A stretch of DNA of 64,000 nt, taken from the NCBI GenBank assembly GCA_951406725.2, contig OX597821.1:69254001-69318000 (forward strand). Reading direction: 5' to 3'. A model generated the notes under the pieces. It was given only the letters and a program-made list of their open reading frames with translations. It did no database searches and was not told the DNA's origin. Of this stretch, positions 11,406-25,994 are shown piece after piece (positions within the stretch are counted from its first letter, which is position 1; each line of letters starts with the position of its first letter). The translations under genes and the position numbers were made by a program. This stretch comes from Octopus vulgaris. Its lineage: Eukaryota.

Positions 11406-11500
11406 AACACCTGATGAAGGCTGGAAGGTATATCAGCCAAAACGTTGTGTTAACAACAAACAAGATGAGGACAAATATCCGTCAAATGTAAATAATGTGA
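11406..11500 (+). ncRNA. Solo hammerhead-bearing tail of the same family (core GAAA to AAAA)
   Basis: AACAC-CUGAUGA-A-GGCUG-GAAGGUAUAU-CAGCC-AAAACGUU-GUGUU, followed by the same AACAACAAACAAGATGAGGACAAATATCCG tail as 9956-10003. Confidence 0.75.
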
Positions 11501-12315
11501 ATAATTACTATCAAGTTCTGAAATTCTGTCTAATTAGCTTAAATAACCCTGGTGTGTGTGTGTGTGTTATTCATGTGTTTATCTTTCTATGACCCCTGCA
11601 TCAGTACACATGCTAAGGTATTTACAATGTCAGTTTCACAGTTCCATAACCCAAAGTTTCCTGTAAATATGTTCATCCTAGAAACGTTTACTGATCCTTT
11701 CTCATATGAATGATTTAAAATATTATGCATACACAATGTAATAGATTGTATCAAGAGAATCCATTCCTTTCTGATATGTATTTGGATTTAGAATTTCTTT
11801 AAAGTTTAATATAAGGAAATGATTTTGTGTAACTCATTCTGCTTCATTAATATGGATTTTGAATGTCTCTGAAACTGTCATGGCAGTCTTGTGGTGAGTT
11901 ACATAATTCTGTAGAAGAATAAGTGGTTTGACCTATTGACATTTCTGTGCTTTTTCTCTCTTTTTATATCTACTTATGGTTTATTCCTGCTTTTACCTCT
12001 CTTTACTAGTCCCTATATTTTTTTTATCATTTGCTAAAACTCAATGTGATGAGGAAAACAATTTTCTAGTAATAGTGTGCAGTTTATTAACATATGTTTA
12101 TTCACTGTAAACATTAATACCTTGAATTTATGATTGAATAATCTAAGATTTTCTGTGTAAGCTGATATGCAGACATTAAATATACTAATTAAGAGACAGA
12201 AAAGAGAAACAGAACCAAATCTGATCCTGTTTCTCTTCTCTATCCTGAATTGGTCTAATATTACTTTACAAGAAATATCTTCAGCTTTTCTGAAACATGC
12301 CATCAAACTGAACAT

Positions 12316-12531
12316 AGCATTTAAACTGGCCATATCCAGGCCAAATAGTCTACCAGTTTTATGTTGAAACCAACCAGATTTGGCCTCTCATAACTACCCT
12401 TCAATGTCATTTTAAAAATATACAGTCACATCATTGAAATCTTGAAGCTAAGATAATGTATGATTAGTTCAAAACAGTGTGAATAAATAAGCATTATGTT
12501 TGACAGAGTAATCTGAATGCAAAAGAGTTAA
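12316..12531. mobile_element. TTAA-type (piggyBac-like) MITE, family A, left end eroded
   Basis: Same internal sequence as 32384-32604. Ends CTGAATGCAAAAGAGTTAA. Confidence 0.65.
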
Positions 12532-13119
12532 ATGGGCAAGGACACTTATGTTTATAAATGATAACTATTACCTTGAACTTAAACAAAATGGAGTGTTAAT
12601 TCTAAATATCCAAGGTGTTTTGATTAAATTAACCTTTTCTCGTGATTCAATCAAATATTTATAATGATTATATCAGTGTTAAAAAAAAATATTCATAGTT
12701 TCTTGCATATATATATTGTTGGCATACAGTGAAATGGTTTTATTGTGTTCAGTTTATTACAAGAGCGGTGTTTTAATTTGGGGTACAATATGCCTGTTTC
12801 TCATTTTCTTCACTAAATATTCTGCAGCAGTGGGAATAAATAAATGAATGAATAAGTTGGTTCCCTGAGGTTGGTCTTGTGATTTCTTGGATTATACTGT
12901 TACTCAACATTGATAATCCTTGGATAATCCTCCTTTAACCAAATGGTATGAATACTACTTTGCTATATGAGAAAATGTTGTCATACTTTGGGGATTATGA
13001 AATTAATCTGGTGGTGATCCATATACAATAGTGTTGGTGGAGGTAACATTTTTTCTATATTGTTGTTGAAAGTGTGTGTGTGTTTATGACAGCATTGATG
13101 ATGCCCTGATCCATATTAA

Positions 13120-13335
13120 CCCTTTTCATACCAAACTGTTTGAGATTGCCTCTGGTTCTGTGATATAAACTTCATACTTTAAAGTGACTGAGATTAAATC
13201 CTTCCCTCAAAACTTCACCTTAATTTATATTCCAAACACCAGCTTAATAATGACAAAATTATTTAAAATTCTTTGTTATTTTCATGATTAATTGAAACGA
13301 AGACTGTAGTTTACAGAAGTATGGTTACAAATAGG
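13120..13335. mobile_element. TTAA-flanked MITE, family B
   Basis: TTAA-CCCTTTT...ATAGG-TTAA. A related copy in the opposite orientation lies at about 43911-44123. Confidence 0.6.
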
Positions 13336-13455
13336 TTAAACAAGCATAGGCAACCTTTAGAGGCTTTGGCACACAGTCTCTTAGAACAAGAGGCTTTATT
13401 CCTTCTGAAGGGTCACTAGAGCCTTTATCTCTTCTCAAGGGTCATGGTATGATAA

Positions 13456-13880
13456 ATGACATGTATCATCACCATTCTTTGTAGCTGTGAAGCTTGGGTA
13501 GTCTTCAATCATCATGCTATAAATCCTTGTACTTTCACATTAGCTACCTCCAATGTTTTTGTGAGTTACCTGGCTTGGTTGTGTGCGTCACACTCAAAGA
13601 CTTGCAAAGAACATTATGAGCAACACTCAGCTAAAGAACCAAAGAAGTTTTAATAAGGATCACATGAACTGTGTTGTGAGGAAGTCCAAGATCAGGCTCA
13701 AGGAGTTTGGGGATGTTGCTACTGAATATATCACTTGGCAGCAGTGGGGCTGGAGGGTGATGGAGAAGGCAATCAGAAAACAGTGTGAGAGATGCCACCT
13801 TGGTTGCCACATCATTATGACCACACCTAACTGTACATGTCCTAACTGCAATGGGTCTAGCTTGGGGATCACTAATGGGA
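13456..13880 (+). mobile_element. Degenerate RTE/BovB-like ORF C-terminus
   Basis: TILCSCEAWVVFNHH resembles TLLYGCETWTVYRRH. KNQRSFNKD...TWQQ...CTCPNC resembles the RTE C-terminus. Confidence 0.5.
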
Positions 13881-14179
13881 CTGTCCAGTCATCAGGATTT
13901 CAATGGACAACAGAAAAGGTGCTAGCCAGCGCATTTTGGACATGCTTAAATATAATCTCCAACATGAATGCACATGTACTTATGCTCACATGTATGCATG
14001 CATGTGCATACACATGTTTTTTAAAATAGGTCTTAGTTAGATATTGTTATTACTATTATAGACTTTACCTATCTATCAATATTTGTAACCATGTGTCTTG
14101 GAATATTGTCATACATTCACCATCCTATGCCTCTCAAGTAATGTGATTAGTAATATATAGGGGGCTAGCATTGAGAAAC

Positions 14180-14700
14180 AGCAACAACATTCTCAAGGAA
14201 ACACTAGTTTATATGAGGATGAGATGCCAGGTCAGTTCTGGAAGACTTTGAGATCAGGGACTACTATGGATAATGACTAGAAATCTTGATACTGGCAGTG
14301 TTATGGAAGGGTGTTATCAGTTCATGATTAACTTTACGTGTATAATGGTGCCATCAGATGGGATCACTTAGGATGCTTGTAGAACAATGAAACCATTCTG
14401 CTAACATTCATTCAATGTTCAAGCATTGCTGATTTGTTGACTTGTGAAGAACAGCTGTTGTTGTATGTGGGATGGATCCGACTATTAGCTGATTTCATCT
14501 TAATTATCATTCTGCCAGCCTTAACTGGATCAAACAAGCAGTTTTTGTCAAGTCGCAATGGCAAAAGAGATTGTCTAGTCAAAGCACTGAGAATAGACAC
14601 TTAACTCTTCAGTCAAACCCTCATTGACATATTTCTAGTTCAACTTGGAAAGGAAGGTGATGATGGAGACGGAAGTGTTTTTCTCCATTGAATTTGCCAA
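14180..14700 (+). mobile_element. Degenerate Tx1/L1-like ORF2 C-terminus
   Basis: FWKTL..., NETILLTFIQC and EQLLLYVGWI segments parallel the better-preserved copy at 42.1-43.2 kb. Confidence 0.5.
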
Positions 14701-15018
14701 AAGGCAGATGACTGGTGAAAATGGTAAGCATTAACGGAACTAATCTAAGTATGTGCCTGTAGGTTGGAGAACAACATTTTGGAGGGTGTACCTACTTTTG
14801 ATGTTCTGGCAGTTAGGCAATTTTGAACTTGGCAGGGTTCCAACTGGACCTCATTGAATCAGGTGGACTTGTATCATTCATGTATATATTTGCGTGATAT
14901 ATAAATTTTTATCCCATTTGCTGTTTTCTCCCACTAATCCTATTTTATATAAATCCTGAGGCTTATGTCATCTACCTTTGTAATGCCTCCTTCATCCAAC
15001 ACCCCCTGTGGCAAGCAA

Positions 15019-15024
<6 letters not shown>

Positions 15025-15049
<25 letters not shown>

Positions 15050-15598
15050 TGAGTGAGAGAGCAGCACATGCTATCAAAGTGACACTGGAGTGTGGATATA
15101 TGAAACCCAACATACCTATCATAACTACCTGTCTGATAAGAGTATACCAGGCACATGTGCCACAACCATATGTGTGCAACATGGTGATCTCATATCAAGA
15201 TAAAAAGTGTGTGACCTACAGGTTTAGCCTGGTTAGAATTTTCTTCAGGTCAAGTAACCTATCTCACTCAAAGGGTCCCTGAATAAGGGTTGTTTAAGGA
15301 TGTTGACCGTAACACCTATGTTTCCAGTGGTGAATTATTTAAACCCCAAAGAATCCTTCTCAACACATAGCTACGGTGCTTCCCTACTACTTCTTCTTGT
15401 GATCAGAGATGCACATATCGTCAGCCATTAAGGGACATGCTCAACTGGTTATGGTCAAACAACTCTGTGGTATTGAGCAGAATATTTACTGTAGCCCATC
15501 TTTTTATACCAAGACAAAATGCGTAAATGATAACACTTCCAGTCAGTTAAGATGAGAAGCCACGAGAGCCAGTGCCTGATACTGCATCAGGGCATTTA
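15025..15598 (-). mobile_element. LINE-like 3' end with (AAT)n tail (possibly R4/Dong)
   Basis: Reverse-complement homologue of 34221-34775. Clade is inferred only from the TAA tail and target. Confidence 0.6.
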
Positions 15599-15699
15599 CT
15601 ATTGTTGTTACTATTCTTTTTATCTCAGGTTTTTGTTGTAACCCTCGGAGTCTTGCATGCATAGTGGGCTTGCTGCCTGCAGCCTACAAGTACCATGCT

Positions 15700-15832
15700 A
15701 TCTGTTGTTGTTGTTGTTGTTCTCCTCCTCCACCGCTGCCTCCTCCTCCCCCCTCCTCCACTGCTTCCCCCTCCTCCACTGCCTCCCCTCCCCTCCTCCT
15801 CCACTGCTGCCTCCTCCCCTTCCCCCTCCCCC
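15700..15832. repeat. (TTG)n plus C-rich (CCT)n low-complexity tract
   Basis: Read directly. Confidence 0.85.
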
Positions 15833-18800
15833 AAATTTGAGGCCTTGTGCTTCCAGTAGAAATGACTATTACCATTATTGGTAGAGTGATGGATCAGCAG
15901 TATAGCAGACAAAATGCTTTCCAGCATTTGTTCTTGCTCTTTACGCTCCATGTTTGAATCTTGCAAGAGCCAACATTGCCTTTCATCTTTTCAGGGTCAA
16001 CAAAATACGATGCATCTGTCAAGTGCTGGGATCTATTTAACCAGTTAACTTCTCTGCCAAAATTTCTGACTTTGTATTGATACTAGAAACAATCATAATA
16101 GTCGTTATTGTTACCATTGCTGTCGTTGCCGCAGCCGTTTTCACTACTTTCACTCTTGGTTTGCAAAATGGATAGGTTTTGGTACCTTGAGGTTTAGTAA
16201 ACCAATGTAGAACCAGCATATGTGTGAATCCAATGATTAGTTGCACATTAATGCATTGCTACTGGTGCAGACACATATGCACCTATGCACACATCTTGCT
16301 CCCCTCATCCAGAGTAATATCATATTTTCTGGAAAATTAACAAAAAAGTTAATATTGGCAAACATATATTCAGGAATCAAAAGAAGCTGGTGGAGTGAAT
16401 ATAAAAGGTTTGTTAGCTTTCACTGACCCAGTATAGTATAAAACTATAGAAATGTCATGATATTTAACAAGAAAACTCCAGTAACTTATGATACTCTGGA
16501 TACATTTTGGCATTCTGAATGTTTTGTAGGCAATATGGCATTGTCAACCTATGAAATGGAATAAATTACTTCTAAAGTGCATAGAATGTTGTTACCTTGG
16601 CAATTAAATTAGTCTTTGATCTTGTATCAAGTAGAACAGAGATTAGATTGTATTTTATCTGGAACATGCTACTGTAAAGAATATCGTGTTTGTTCCATAA
16701 GTGTAGTTGTAGTTTACACTCAGATCACCTTTAACTAGATTGAAGTCACCTGTCCTTCTCTTGGCTATTGTGAATCAATGACTACATTATACAACATATC
16801 CTTCTCTTTTCGAGACACTAGAGTTTTAATTTGGGGGAGATATGGCTGCTGTTTCTAGCAGGTTGTGTAACCATATAGAGGCTCCTCATTAAGACCATAA
16901 TTTATGTACATTGTGTTTATGTATACACATGACACCGCCCTTTCCCCCACACTAGGAGCTTCTACTTTGTGTTGTTTATTGATAAATGTTATATCATTTA
17001 TATTGTTTTCGTTACGTCAGTATGTTCAGCACTCTTCAAGAATGGTTCAATGGTTTTGTTCCATGACATTTTCTAGTGATTCTACAATGGATTATTCTTA
17101 TCTTTGATAGAAAATGCTTACACTGTAGTTGCATAATGGTCCACTTATTGTTGAATATATGCATATAAAAGCTTCCCAGTTAGCAAAAACTGCAGAATGT
17201 AACGTGTCTAGTGCCTACATTGTTTTCTCTTGTTTAGTATGGGTTTATTTGTGAGCACCTCTAGATGAACTAGTTTAACATAACCTTTCTGATGTTATCA
17301 GCTTACTTTATGTCCCTACCATTACTTTTCCTCTTCATTACCCATTCTAGCATTGGCTCTCTCTCTCTCTCTCTTTCATTTCTCCTTTCTCACTGTCACT
17401 CCAATAGCTGTTTGCTCTGCCTTACTCTTGCTTCTTCCTCCTTCCCACTTTGCTGTAACCCTCTATCCTACCTACTCAATTGGTCAATATATCCTGAATA
17501 AAGAAACAGAGACATCATAGAATGGTGAAAACGTTTTTTTTTTTTTTTTTTTTTTTGCAAGGCACAAGGCAACCTCACTCATGATGATGCCATGATAAAA
17601 TGCTTTAAATAGATTCTGTGAAGTGTTTGGCAAAAAAACAGAGAAAATTTTAGGGTTGAGGGGTCTCTTTAAGTCCTGTCTTTTTGAGGACATAACATTT
17701 GTAGTGATTTGTTCTACCACTGTTCCACGTTTCTACCATCTATGTACATATTCAAGCAACAAAATACCAAGAAATATCAATGTGTGTGTTTAAACACTTT
17801 CCATCAAGGTTTTTGAGTTTAAGATCTTCCCTTTTTTTGTTTTTTTTTTACCCAACAACAGTTTTCCAAAACATTTACATTTAATTTGGGTTCATCTTCT
17901 GTTTCATTTTCACCTTTGGGTTAATATTTGGTTTTAATGATTGAGTTGACATATGATCAAAGATGTTCCGGCCATACCATCTTTTTGTATAGGCAGGATT
18001 ACATTATACAATGTTTCCATCCTGTTTTTAAGATGATCTGAAAAAGTTTTGCTACCATTTCTTGCAGGTCAAGTGACCATGTAAAGGCTTTCCTGATTGG
18101 CTCATCTGGCCTTGGTTTGTTAGACAGTACCAATGAAAACTTACCTTGGTGTTCTTTGGAACTGGTTATCTCATAACAAATTCTGTATGACCAGTTGATA
18201 TCAAAGATTATTTTTACAAAGTCTCAATTATCATCACTATATTTAATCCAAGCTAAGTTGTGAGAATGATTTTTGAAATCTTGAGATGTAGAAATTAAGA
18301 AAATCGTTTTGTAGTTCTAGTAGTAACATTTCAAAATAAGATCCACAAACCTGAAATGCCTAAAGAAAAATTTTTTTTAAATAATTTAGTTTTCAACTCG
18401 AGACATCTCGATATATATTATCTCACAGCAGCTATTAAAGCAATTTAACCATTGTATCTTTTATTTTATTTGTTCATGTAGTAATAAATTTAGCTTCCTT
18501 TCTTGTTATCTTACACATCTTATAATAATCTTTTACTTGTTAAAAAGAGAAAATGTGTGTGGGCGTGTATGTATATCAGTGTAATAATATGACAACATGT
18601 TACTACCCTTATCTTTTCACATGTTAGGCTTTCTATTTGCTTAGCTGCATTACCAACATATTTGTTATTGCACTATGAATGATGCCCTCTGATAGCGATA
18701 ACAGCAAACGGTACATTATATTATAAGGTAGATGACAGAATTATCTTATAACTGTTTTTCGTTTTTCTTATAGTTTTTTTTTAACAGAATTTCTTTGCTA

Positions 18801-21800
18801 TCACTCAAATTTTTCTACTCTTGATGTTAAATTATATTTACTATCAAATGTTATTTATTTTGGTTGTTGATTGGTGCAATTTGTAGAGTGTCAGACAAAA
18901 TACTTGGCTGATATATAGCTAAATCCCTTTCTGTTTCAGTTTCAATCCTGCAAGGGTTAATTCAAACTTTTATTCTTTAGGGGTCTTTTAAATGACATGA
19001 TTTAGTTAACTGTTCCCCACTTAAAAAATTATGGTTATGTTTCTATGTTTTATTAGAAAAAGCAATTTTCTTTTTTTTTTTTTTCTTAAGCTGGGCTGTG
19101 GTGGGTTTTCCAGCATCAAAAATGCTTTTCTGAGATATTTCACCTTCAGTTAACAATTACATTATTACATTTACCTTTGCTTAGCAGAGAGGAACTATAT
19201 AGCTACTATTTGAAAAATGCTACTGCACCCAGTGGAATATTATGAAGAACTTCTGATATGAAAAATTCTTGCACACATGTGTGCTACATATAAGGATTTC
19301 CAGTTTCCTTCTATGATGTTTTGCTTTATCTAATAATTGTTTCCAATAGTTTTCTCTGTATCACCAAGTTCAAGTATGATGCAAAATAGTTAAGACATTC
19401 ACTTCATTTCAGTTTGGATTATTCATAATACATTTCTTCCTAGTATCAACATTAAAAGACTCAAATTTAGGCAGACAGCTATGATATTCAATTTTTCTTC
19501 TCTTCTGTTTTTGCTTTTGCAATTGAAGCAGTTACTGGCTTTAAATTTGGTATATATTTCAGCTGGGTTAGTAACATAAGAACAATGATAAAATATCTGA
19601 GGCCACATAAACTACAGTTCAATTCTTTAAAGCTACTAATTCTTTTTTTTTTTTTTTTTCATTGGAGTTATTTGTTGTTGTTCAGCCCCAAGTCATCCCT
19701 GAAATTGAGCTGGCTTTCAATTCAAAGGAGATGTAATGCCATTTTTCACAAAGTGAGCAGCTCCATCAAGGCTCTATTGTTGGCATGTAGAGTTATTAGT
19801 TAGTTGGTATGTATTTCCTAATAGGTTAGAATTTCAGTAGCTCTTTGAGAAAAGTAAAACAAACAGGCATCAAATAAGGTTTGTGTATTAGATCTCTCTT
19901 CTACTTTCCATAGAACTATTAAAATGTAACAAGGAACCAACTCACAAGCTTTTTTTGTTTTTAGTTTTTTTTAAAGCTTTCTAAGATCAAGGTATTCTTT
20001 ACACTCTTTTCTTGGGACATCTGTATGAAACTGTCTGTCATTTGAACTTATAATGAAGTTGATTTGCAGGAAACAAGACAAAATTCTTAAATGGTTGTTA
20101 AAAATAGCTACAAATTCGTGTGGTATTCTTGTTTGTGAATTGGCTAACATCTTCCAATTTCCTTTTCTTCTTTGTCATTCCTTTGAAATCCGTATTGTTC
20201 ACCGACACATTTGTATATTACTTCATGCATCACTGGTATCATGTGTTCTAAAAGTCTTTCATATTCTTTCACTGCAAAAGTCATTCAAAATTTCCATCTG
20301 CTTTACATTGCCAGTTTATTAAAATGTAATTCCATGTTAATTTACCATCTCTTTGTTGAAGTGCCTGTAATATTTTACTTCCTCATAATTCAGTAACACT
20401 TTGAGATGCTCTAATTTAAAACAGAAATATTAATTTGACCAACAAGACACTCCTTCTTCTGGCAGTATATCTCTTTGAATAATTTGTATTTTAGGATAAG
20501 AAAACATCTCTAATCTTCTAATATACAGAAATGGAGGAACAAAAATAAAATTTTTTACTTTTTCCTAATGCCAACTTGTTTCTCGTACTATGCAGAATGC
20601 TAAACATTTCTGTCCAAATTTCAGTTATATTTAGAAAAAGCTATCTATGTTGATACAAATTGACTCAAGTTTCTGATTACTTGTTCCAATTTTATATAAT
20701 ATAATATATTCCTGTTTGTCTTCGTTACTGGCAGCCAGAATAATTCAGTATACTGTTTCAAAAATGGTGATATTTCTCTAAGTGGTTTCCTATTCCCCAC
20801 TTCCCTTTATACTATTTCAAGACGATTTCTGAAATTAGTTTATATTGATACTAATATCAGTAGAAGGTTTTATTTTAGATTCTTCTCTTTTTTTTTTTTT
20901 TCCTTTCTTAAATCTAATTCTAGAATCTTCTATTTGCTGTCCTATTCTTTCAAACTAGCATTTTCAGAGTGTTGCATGTCTTTTGTAGTCTATTAGAAAT
21001 GGTCATTCGGTAATCTTGTTCACAAGACATTCTTCCTTATTAAAGGTTTTTTATCGCTGTTGCTGTTGGTAAGTAAACCAGCTTCAGCATGAACTCCTCT
21101 TTGATTACTGATGCTTTCCAATTTTTCTCCTCTCAGCAGCTAGTACAGGGTTTTGATGCATTGTTTCCACGTTTTTGCTAGCTCAAGTGGCTTCTGTCCA
21201 GTCTCCATGCATGAAACAAATGATCAAATTTTTGTTACTCATTTTGAGTAAATGATGTGGTTTGCAACATGCACCACCAGATTTTTTTTTTTTTTCATTA
21301 TCACACCTCACTTATTAACTGAACAGCTCTCAGCTTCTAGGATTTATTAAACCTGCTTTTTCTAAGAGAGATTAATTACTCCAACAGTTGGGTCACACTA
21401 ACTAACACCTATAAGCCTTGACTACCACCCAAAGAAGTAATTTTGAGACCTTGGCCTGTACTACAAGAATTGTATATCTTTGCTTACAAGAAGAGACTTG
21501 CTTATTTCTGTAAAACATGCTGACAGAACCATATTTTAGAAGCTTTATTATTGCTTAAACTATCTTGTAAAATTTTTGCACCTGTATTTATCAAAGAATG
21601 GTTCACTTTGTTTGATGCAATATTGCTTGACAAAAGTATTTGAAATCAATTTGAGAGCTTGTTACTTGCCTCTACTAAAATTGGTATAAAACAAAAACAA
21701 CCCTGCCTGTTGCCTTTTATGGATGATATAATGACTTCTTGTTAACAAACAATAATTATTTATTTATTTTTTTAAAAAATCTTCCACATCTTATTTCATC

Positions 21801-24800
21801 TCTTACGAGAAAATTTAAATTGAACTCACTCTGAGTAACTATTAATTTGTAAACTGTTCTTCAGCAATTCTAATTGAATTTATAACTATGATAACTCTTT
21901 GCTTAAAAGTAGCTCTTTGATGTTTGTGTATGTTATTCCTGTACATTTCATGTTTGTTAATGGGCAGGTCACTGAGACAAGAACACCCAGAAGACATCTG
22001 AATGTAAAAGGAATTTTTTTTTTTATATCCAGCCTTATATACATGCTCTTTGATGTTTGGAAGATAAAAAAGGACATATGGTTAATTTATGGGTTGGAAA
22101 AAGAGAAATGAATGAGGTTTCTTGATGGCTGGCAGTCTGACTTGATACATGATATGTCATCAGAGTTAGGGAGTGAGAGATTCTATTTATTCTCAGTTTT
22201 TCAGTGATGTATAACTAAAATTGTCATTAAAAAATGCATTTCACTCATTTAGTTTGGTTTGGTGTTTACCAGAAAACATCTAAGGAACTTACTGCTTTTC
22301 TTGCCTTTAATGTGTTAGAATATTGAAGAGAATTGAGATAGACAAGCATTAAAATATTTTCTATATACCGTAACAATCTAAAGATATCTGTATACCAATT
22401 TGAAGTAGCTGCTAAAATTTATCAATGTATAAGTATCAATAAGTCAGTAAGGCATTCAATATATATTATGTATTGTTCACTAATCATATAGTTGTGCCAG
22501 AATTGTATCATTAGTTGTTAATTAAAAAATTCTAATATTCAGTCTGTGGTTCGTCTAATTGCTTAAGGCATCATTGACTAATTAAGAAATCATTTCTGTT
22601 ATTGTTGATTAGAATTTGTCTCAAATAGGTACACAATACATTGTAAATTAGTTTTGCATTCTTCACATAATAGGAATTATTTATGAAATGTGTAATTAGT
22701 TATATAAAACCAGCAAAGCTGTTGTATTTAACACTGCGATGGTGAATGTGTCATTTTTGGCGGGTGGGTTTAGAGGAATTACTGTGTCCTTGTCATTCCT
22801 GAAACAATTTGGACAAGGAATATCAAATGAAACAAAGCACCTTGCTATCCTTTTAAGTGTTTGTTTGTTTGTTTGTTTGCGTGTGTGGGGAGTGGTGTGG
22901 GGGGGTTCAAAGTGATTTCAGTGACCATGAATTTCATCAATCTCCTATTAAACTATGAGAGGTGGAAACTTGTCAGGATAATGTTATTCACAATATCTAC
23001 TTTCATATTATGATGGAAAATCACCCAAAAGAGTGATCTGAAAAATTGGAGCAAAGAACTGGTGTCTTTGAATGTTTCAAACAAAAGTAATTTGGATGAT
23101 GATGAAGAAAATATTTAGGAATGTCATTCGTAAAACCAGCAAATGTATCAGGTAAAGCTCTTTATTGGGAACAGTTAAAATTAAAAGTTAGCAAAATTTG
23201 AGCTGATGGGGATATTAGCTTTAGAAATGTGAGAACAGAAAATAAAGAAAAAAAAGATTATTTTATCAGCATCTTAAAAATTGATAAATTAATTTAAAAA
23301 AATTTAAAGGAGCAGAACATTGCCATTGTAAGCTTTACAATTGGTCAGATAAATAGTTATGTTCTTTGTGGTTGATGTCTGTAAGAGAAGGGTGAGTAAT
23401 GGGGATTTCAAAGAGGATTTAGTTCTGGAAAGTAAAAATAGGATTTAAAAAAAAAAAATGTTTTAGTTTGGAGTGGTAAGGCAAGAATAACAAAATGAAA
23501 GGCCAAGTGCATTGAGTTGACCAGTGCAAAGACTGTATGTAATTTGCTAAGATCAATGATCATTGTAGTAGGAATAGAAGCGATAGAGTATATGTGGGCC
23601 GGTTTTGATAGCAGGCTTGTGATTAAATCTTTACTAATAAGACTTATGGCTTTTACTTACATTCTTTGGATCACAGCTTGTGGTATAGTAAGTTGTTGTA
23701 GTAATAACTGTTCTGAAAAATATTCAGACAACAGACTTTCCACTCATTTGACCTACACAAACACTCAATGTGCTGTGTTACCAATTCTCTATAATAAACC
23801 CAAAGGAATCTAAGGTCATGTGCACTGAGTCTGTCTTGAACAGTTACTGCACTAATCACCAAGACTACATATGTGCCCAGTTTAAGTCAGCAGCTTTTTT
23901 TATCTACTTGGTGCTCAATAAAATCACTGCAAGTTTTTTTTACCAAATGTGGTGGTTATACTTTTTACAGTTTTTTTTCTGTCTGGTAAGGAATGTAACA
24001 TGATTTGTTTAATGTATTGATTGTTACATGGAATATGAAGGGATGTAACTAAGTACATACTGTAAGGCAGTTTGTCTGGCATTTTCCTGATTTTATCATT
24101 GATAACACTATTGTCTGATATATTATAGCATGGTACGTCTGGTGTGATGAATGTAAGACAACTTATTTGGTATACTGAGTGGGTTGGTCTTATTAGATAT
24201 ACTGAACATACCAGTCATTCATGGATAGTTGCTCGATTATGTTATTTATCTATTCTAGCAGACCACATAACATAATTGTATGGCAGCACTGAATAATGAT
24301 TGAGCTTTATGAAGTTTCTACAAACCAAACTTGAATACTAAACAGATTTCTAAGATGTGACAAAATCCAAAACGAGACTATTTGTTAGTCGAGATATTTA
24401 GATGGTATAATTAAGTCGGTCATGTTCAGCCCAAATTTTTTCAAGGTCAGCATAGTTTTTCATCTTGCCTGAATAAGTTGATTTATAAATTGGTTATCAA
24501 AACTTTTGACAACCATATCTGCTGTGAATGACTACAACTGTTTCATTGTTTGCCAATGTTCAGATGGTCCAATGTTCTACTCACAGCTATGCAAGGAAGA
24601 AATTTTAAACATAAAAAGCGTCTTTGAAACTGCACATTTTAGTCTTGAATATTCTTTTATCTCGTATATGATAAAATAAGTTTGCAAGAATATTCTTGAC
24701 TGGATTCTTACTGGCACACAGCCAATTTGAAAAAAACAACAACAAAAATCTTATCTTTAAACATATGTCATGTTATTTATTGTTTCATAAAATTCTATAT

Positions 24801-24909
24801 ATTTTTTAATATTTTTATTTTCTCTGCTCACTTAATTTCTTTAACTGTTGTGCCTTCCTCTGGGAATTTGGCGCTTAGCATTTTTAAGTCTCATTTTGTC
24901 CTTGATGAA

Positions 24910-24957
<48 letters not shown>

Positions 24958-25300
24958 ATTGTTGCTAATCTGTTATGTTAGACTTATTATTTAGTTATTT
25001 CACTTCTATTCCATCCATTCCTTTTTAGAGAGAAAGAACTTAAAAATGCTTTCTCCAGCCATTTATAAAAAAAAAACTTAGATTCTGATATAGATTGTGT
25101 AGTTCTGCAAATTTCAGTATTTGCACAAATTGTTTTTATCGTTAAATCTCTTTTCTTAACTTCTCAGCAAGATAAGTGTACTTAGCATCTTGTCTTCAGT
25201 TGACTAGTCATAGTTCAAACAGGTAATGTGCCCTCTGTTAAGATTATGCTTCTTAAAAAAGCTTCTCCAGAATTGGTTAACAAGTATATTTCAAAATAAA

Positions 25301-25680
25301 GGCATGGGTTTGTGGTTAAGAAGCTTACTTTCCAACCATGTGGTTTTGGATTCAGTCTCACTGTGTTGTACCTGTGTTGTCTTCTACTATACACTGAGCT
25401 GACCATTGCCTTGTGAGTGAATTTAGTTAATAGAAACTGCGCGCGCACACACACACATGCACACACACACACACACACCTGTGTGTGTCTTTGTGCCTGT
25501 ATCTGTTTCACCACCAGTGCTTGGCAATCAGTGTTGGTTTGCTTTACATCTGTAACTTAGTGGTTTGGCAAAAGAGATCAATAGAATAAATATCAGACTT
25601 AGAAATGAATACTGGGGTCAGTTTGTTCAGCTAAAACCCTTCAAGGCAGTGTCCCTAGCATGGCTGTAAGCCACTGACTG
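25301..25680 (+). mobile_element. Diverged CORE-like tRNA SINE
   Basis: Same head, GCCTTGTGAGTGAATTT segment and tail as 10097-10479. Confidence 0.7.
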
Positions 25681-25994
25681 TATTTAGATTCTAATATCGC
25701 CGTGTTTGGCAGTCGAGTGTTATAAAAGAAGTGAGCTCCTCATAAATCTCATCTATTGACTAATGTTATCCTTGGTAGTAGCCTTTTCACTTCACTGTCA
25801 ATATGCCTCTTTGTCATTATCAGTACTTTTTTTTTTATTACCCTGACTATCATCAATGTTGCCATCATTAACATATCATATATATATAATTTGTTTCCTC
25901 TTTGCTGAAATAGGCTGGGAAAGACATGAATGGTGCAATCATGTTTTGTCTCTTATATAGACAATTATAGACAATTATCAGCTGAAGTAAATCA

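Noticed and set aside
15625-15966. Gly/Glu- or Pro-rich ORFs
   Set aside because: They arise from a CCT low-complexity tract adjoining a SINE, with no splice or homology support.
19900-24700. Long AT-rich stretch nearly free of SINEs, possibly old DNA-transposon remains
   Set aside because: I could not identify TIRs or a recognisable protein motif by eye. It needs a translated search.
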